Assembly: GCA_002633005.1 (NCBI GenBank)
Contig: NMRA01000051.1
Coordinates: 747,273-811,272 of the forward strand
Source of the DNA: Phoronis australis
Taxonomy: Eukaryota > Animalia > Phoronida
Direction of reading: 5' to 3'
DNA length: 64,000 nt
Under the pieces are notes generated by a model, which worked only from the letters and a program-made list of their open reading frames with translations, was not told the DNA's origin and made no database searches. The position numbers and the translations under genes were made by a program. Positions 59,696 through 64,000 of this stretch are shown piece after piece (within the stretch, counting starts at the first letter, position 1; the number at the start of each line of letters is the position of its first letter).

Positions 59696-62600
59696 GATGG
59701 CCCTACTTGTAATGCAAATCAACGTACGAAAGACATGCTTTTATTTGCAATGCTCTCATTTGGTGTCCTAATCAAGGCTTTTGTTGTGTAAAAAGTCGCC
59801 CTCTTTTGAGTATCAAAAAATGGCGACTTTCTTACTCTGGTTTACAGATAGAAAAAAGGCACAGCTGTCCCGTCAGCGCCGTCGTACTTATTTGATATTA
59901 AATATATTTCTTTGTGTTGCGTTAGATAAAGCCGTATCACTCAAACTGAGATGCATGCGTAGGCTACTCGTACGTAAGATTGTACGATACGTTTCGTGAT
60001 AGAAAACGTCTCTGAACTTTGGAGCCCCAGAAGTAGCCTGCGCGTGAAGTAGTCTAGTGGAACTGAGCTGCGTTCCGTATACGCAACACATTAGCGAGTG
60101 TACATGTACACCATGAAATTACTCTGAGACTCATAATTTAACGTTCCAGCCTTGTCTACCAGTGATCTCAGTGACGGTCATTTAAGTGTCGAGCTTATTC
60201 GAGAAACACCTTTCACTCTCGTGACCTTTCACGCTCGTGATTTTACGTTATTTCGCTTTTCACACAAAAAATGCTGAACAGAACGCACCCACAGGTCATC
60301 GTTGTAACAACGCACGGGTCGGGCTGACTAATCGCCCGCTCTTTCAAAATTCAATAACACCACAAAGTGATTTTTTCATAAATACTACTTTCCTTCGCAG
60401 TGTTCTGCTTCCGTGAATATTTGAAATTTTAAACTTCTAGTTACAAAAACGAGTGCCAGTGGTAAGAACCACTGTTTTGTGTCAGACGCGAAAGAAGCCT
60501 CGCGTGATGAAGCGTAATCATCATCTTTGTTTTTTGTTCTCGACAAACGCATAAGACCCCAAGCGATTTATGTACGTAAATATGAGAAGAGAGGACTAAA
60601 TAGCTTCCTTGTTGAACAGCAACATACGGCCCAACGAATGTCGGATATATTTAGTCTTTTATTGCAGTCGTTTTCAGTTCAATTCTGAAATCGGCACCGT
60701 TGAGAAATTGAAAAAAAAAAACAATTGTTTCCCATTTCCGTACAGTTCTAAGTGGATTTATTCTTCGGCCATGTTTTTTTTTTCTTTTTGCCCAGGCGTA
60801 CCTTACAGTTTCTTATAGGAATACCACTGGTGCTTCCCACCCGACGTCTCGCGAGATTGCGCGCATTGGATGATCAACCATGCCTGTGATATTTATCATT
60901 CAATCAAGGTTAAAGGGAGATTGGCCCGAAAACGCATTTTCGGAATTATTATTATGTACATGAGGATATAAGGCTTTGGGAGTATTAGGTTTGACCAGTG
61001 CTTTGAAAGCAAATCCGTTGTGTTGTGACGATTTTATTGCAAATAGCTAATTCTCTTCGATGTCTGCCACACATTTGCTCAAACCAAAAAATACTTTAGT
61101 TGCTATTTAATGATATTTTGCTTCGCCACTGAGCAGGGCGTTTGACTCTCTCTGTCCGCCAAGGTTTCTGGTTCAACTCTGTGTTGGTGCTAACTCGCAG
61201 AAAACCAGTTTTTTTTCGCCCATGGTGTCACTTTAATACAAATATCGGGTAAGGCAATCAAATAAAACAAGACGTCTCGACGAGTTCAAAATGGCGTATA
61301 GGTGAATAATGCATCTCCCGTAAAAGTTTTAGCAACGCACGTTCCCGCTGAATAAGAGACCTTGCATCAGAATTTAATTCTTGTATGCGAGAACCTACAG
61401 CACAGCTGCATGGGTATTACACTGTTTTTTTTAAACTGTACACCCGTTCACTACTGAGAGCTGGGGGCTCTGCATGAAGGGTTCGGTATTACGTTCTCTC
61501 AGACGTCTTCTCGGGTGGGGTATCACAGTGTACTTACTACTGACAACTCCTCGAGTGTGGATGAGTTTGTGCCAGCAATCGGCGTTTTGGTGATGCCCGG
61601 CCGCTGATTTTCCCCCGATGTGGATGCCCCCCCCCCCCCCNATGTAGAAGTGAAACCCCCAAGGTCCACGATCAGTACTATGACTGTGCCGTATTTTTTA
61701 CATTTTACCCCTTTTTGGCATCACACATATTTGTAACAACGAATCGTGTGTTTCTCGTTGTCTACACGGAAACTTCGTAGATGTCAGCCTACGTGTTCAC
61801 GTCAGTACTCAGTTGGTTCTCGTTGCGTGTATGTCGTAATTAGATAACTTCAACACTAGAGTTGGGTAACAAATAATGTGATCAGTCACGCGTCTGACGA
61901 GACCACTGATGAGGCCATACGGTACTCTTCGTCTATGGTTCCGGCACTGAACGTCTTTATCTTTCTTCATTGAGGCTAGTACAGCATGATTTGCCCTTGC
62001 AACACCTGAAAATCGAGATAGTTCGTCGCCACTAGCTTAAATTTAAACTCATCTTTGCAGGTATGTACTCTCAGCGTTGTATGTAACCAAGAGGTGTGTG
62101 AATCGACATCTGCTGGCGCACATTTCAGCAGCAGTGGCGAGGCCTAGTGGAGTGTAGACGGCGTACGTTGACGCAATACACCACCTTTTTATTGCTATCG
62201 TGTACTCACCGTTACAGCCTTAATACACCGGTTTTAGCCGGGTACAGTATCGATATGCTGGTAAACACTGCCAGCGGTGCTTTGGCGTCACGTAGATGTA
62301 GCATGAAAAGATGGATAGCGTTGACAAACCGAGTTTACGGAACATTTTAAAATCGTACCTTTGTAGACAGTAGCCTACTGGTCCTCTTGCGTCAGTACTT
62401 ATACTTGAACCAAAAAACCAATAACCTTGGTTTGGTAAATGAGCTAATATTATATTTCAGGACTGGGTTCTAATCTTTGTACTTGAAATCGAACTCAAAG
62501 TTACTTTTGAATTTCCCATTTTTGTGAGCACCGTCTATTATTCTGCGCTCGAGTACATCATGGCTTACGTGGATGACCATCTGATCCTAGTTTGCACTTG

Positions 62601-64000
62601 GTGACTCCACTCCAAGGTAAAGCTAGAAGTTCAAGTCTGAACTCGGAATCTCGATTTTTCTCGAAATCTCGAGTTTTACTACACACTCTTCAGCGAAAAC
62701 CATGTTATACTCTAGCAGAAAATAACAGGCATTTTCCTTGAGTTCGTCGGTATGACAAAGTAGAGCGCAACTTGTCGAGGATAATTTGGAGTGCGATTTT
62801 GAGTGCAAAGATTAGATCCTGGGCACTTGTCTGCAGGAAAATACGTGAGTGAGCTAAGCTATTGCACGTGTATTCTAAAAAGTAATAATAATATAAGAAC
62901 ACAGAACAAGCACATGAATTATGATAATGCATAAACGCACATGATGCAACTTCAGGAATGAGAAGTGTATAAAAACGTAAGTTGTGGAGCACGTCATAGC
63001 AGAATCTATACAGGTATCTTGTTTTGCTGTTGTACAGTTTTCGTCCAATAAGTAAAGATGAAGTCAAGGGCACGTGCTCGTTGAGAATGTGCAGAACATT
63101 TATGCCGCTTGTCATACATCAGTATTTTACAAGAGCACTCGGAGGCCAAAAATTTGAAATTCAAACTAAAATAAAAAGATAAAGTAAATTTTAATTGATT
63201 GTTATAATTGGAGAAGAGAGGTGCGTTGTTTTATCCTCTTTGATTTTTCCCCTAAATTAAAAAAGTTGGAAACGCCAAAATTGAAGCCCCTGGTACTGAC
63301 CAGCTCCACATCACGGTCATCTAATTATCGACAATTTGGGAAAACTAAACCTGCCAAGTCGGCGATTGTTCCGGATCACAACTTTTATTTTCTGAGCAAC
63401 GCAAAAACGAAACAACGAACCATTGTCACCGAAACATGCACATTTATCAATTCGCGTCCAATAGCCTACCAGGTTGTGAAGGTAAGGCAAGGTATGAATG
63501 AGTGCAATGCAATCGTGTCATTATACAGCGCATGCGTGAATCTTGAACTCCTGATAGAACACGTGACATCGGATTTGTAGTTACTCTGCACTAGCGTGGC
63601 GAGTTACTTAACTCTGTGCTCTGCATTCTAGCGTTTTCCTCTGTAAGGCAAGTCTAATGATCAATCCATCATTTTAATTCACTCTTGCTCAGCGCCCTCT
63701 CTTCGGTCTGTGAGTTGATTGAGAGTACTCGACCTCGATCCCCCGCAAACATGTGCTGTAGTAATTAAGCAAGTAAGTTAAATAGCACCTGAATCAGATT
63801 TACCATTAGTGAGGGGGGAGGGGCGGATGAAAATACAAAGCTACTTCAATTTAAATTTTTTGTTTTCTACTTTAGTTTACGGTTACATGGAACCATCAAA
63901 AAATAAATGGCTGACTGGATTCATCTGAACTAACTTTGAGATATCATGCATTATGCGTTGTTCTTCAAAACGCTCTCAAGAATAAATTGTTTTTAAAATC

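Noticed and set aside
61890-61950. CTGATGAG followed by a stem, resembling a hammerhead ribozyme
   Set aside because: The required GAAA is absent and stem I is not convincing.
59800-64000. Short ORFs in the last 4 kb, and a lone TTAA-AGGGAGATTGGCCCG end at about 60910 whose downstream sequence resembles 14390-14480
   Set aside because: No recognisable protein or exon chain, and the matching second TIR was not found, so no element boundaries can be supported.

Overview
Intron-rich eukaryotic (metazoan, probably invertebrate) genomic DNA from a draft assembly with N gaps; the species cannot be determined from this window. Six spliced genes can be rebuilt with phase-compatible GT-AG junctions. 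Two are tandem paralogues (+, 1090-6399 and 13951-19929) encoding 220-aa secreted proteins: signal peptide, coiled coil, CSC motif and one Link (Xlink) module with an extra Cys pair. The others are an uncharacterised 9-exon, 338-aa coiled-coil/hydrophobic-tail gene (-) head-to-head with PLPBP/PROSC (+), and GOLGA7 (-, with a clear U12-type intron) head-to-head with SUCLG1 (+, with two candidate first exons). An intact but orphan SLC52 riboflavin-transporter-like terminal exon lies between the Link paralogues. Mobile DNA includes a 5'-truncated LINE, a TTAA-flanked Kolobok-type deletion derivative (P2X7-ballast-like and THAP remnants), a hAT derivative with a TTF zinc-finger remnant, several MITEs with 5-bp target duplications, a Harbinger MITE and fold-back elements. 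Two near-identical duplications flanking Ns look like assembly artefacts. All family calls come from manual translation and recalled motifs; no searches were run.
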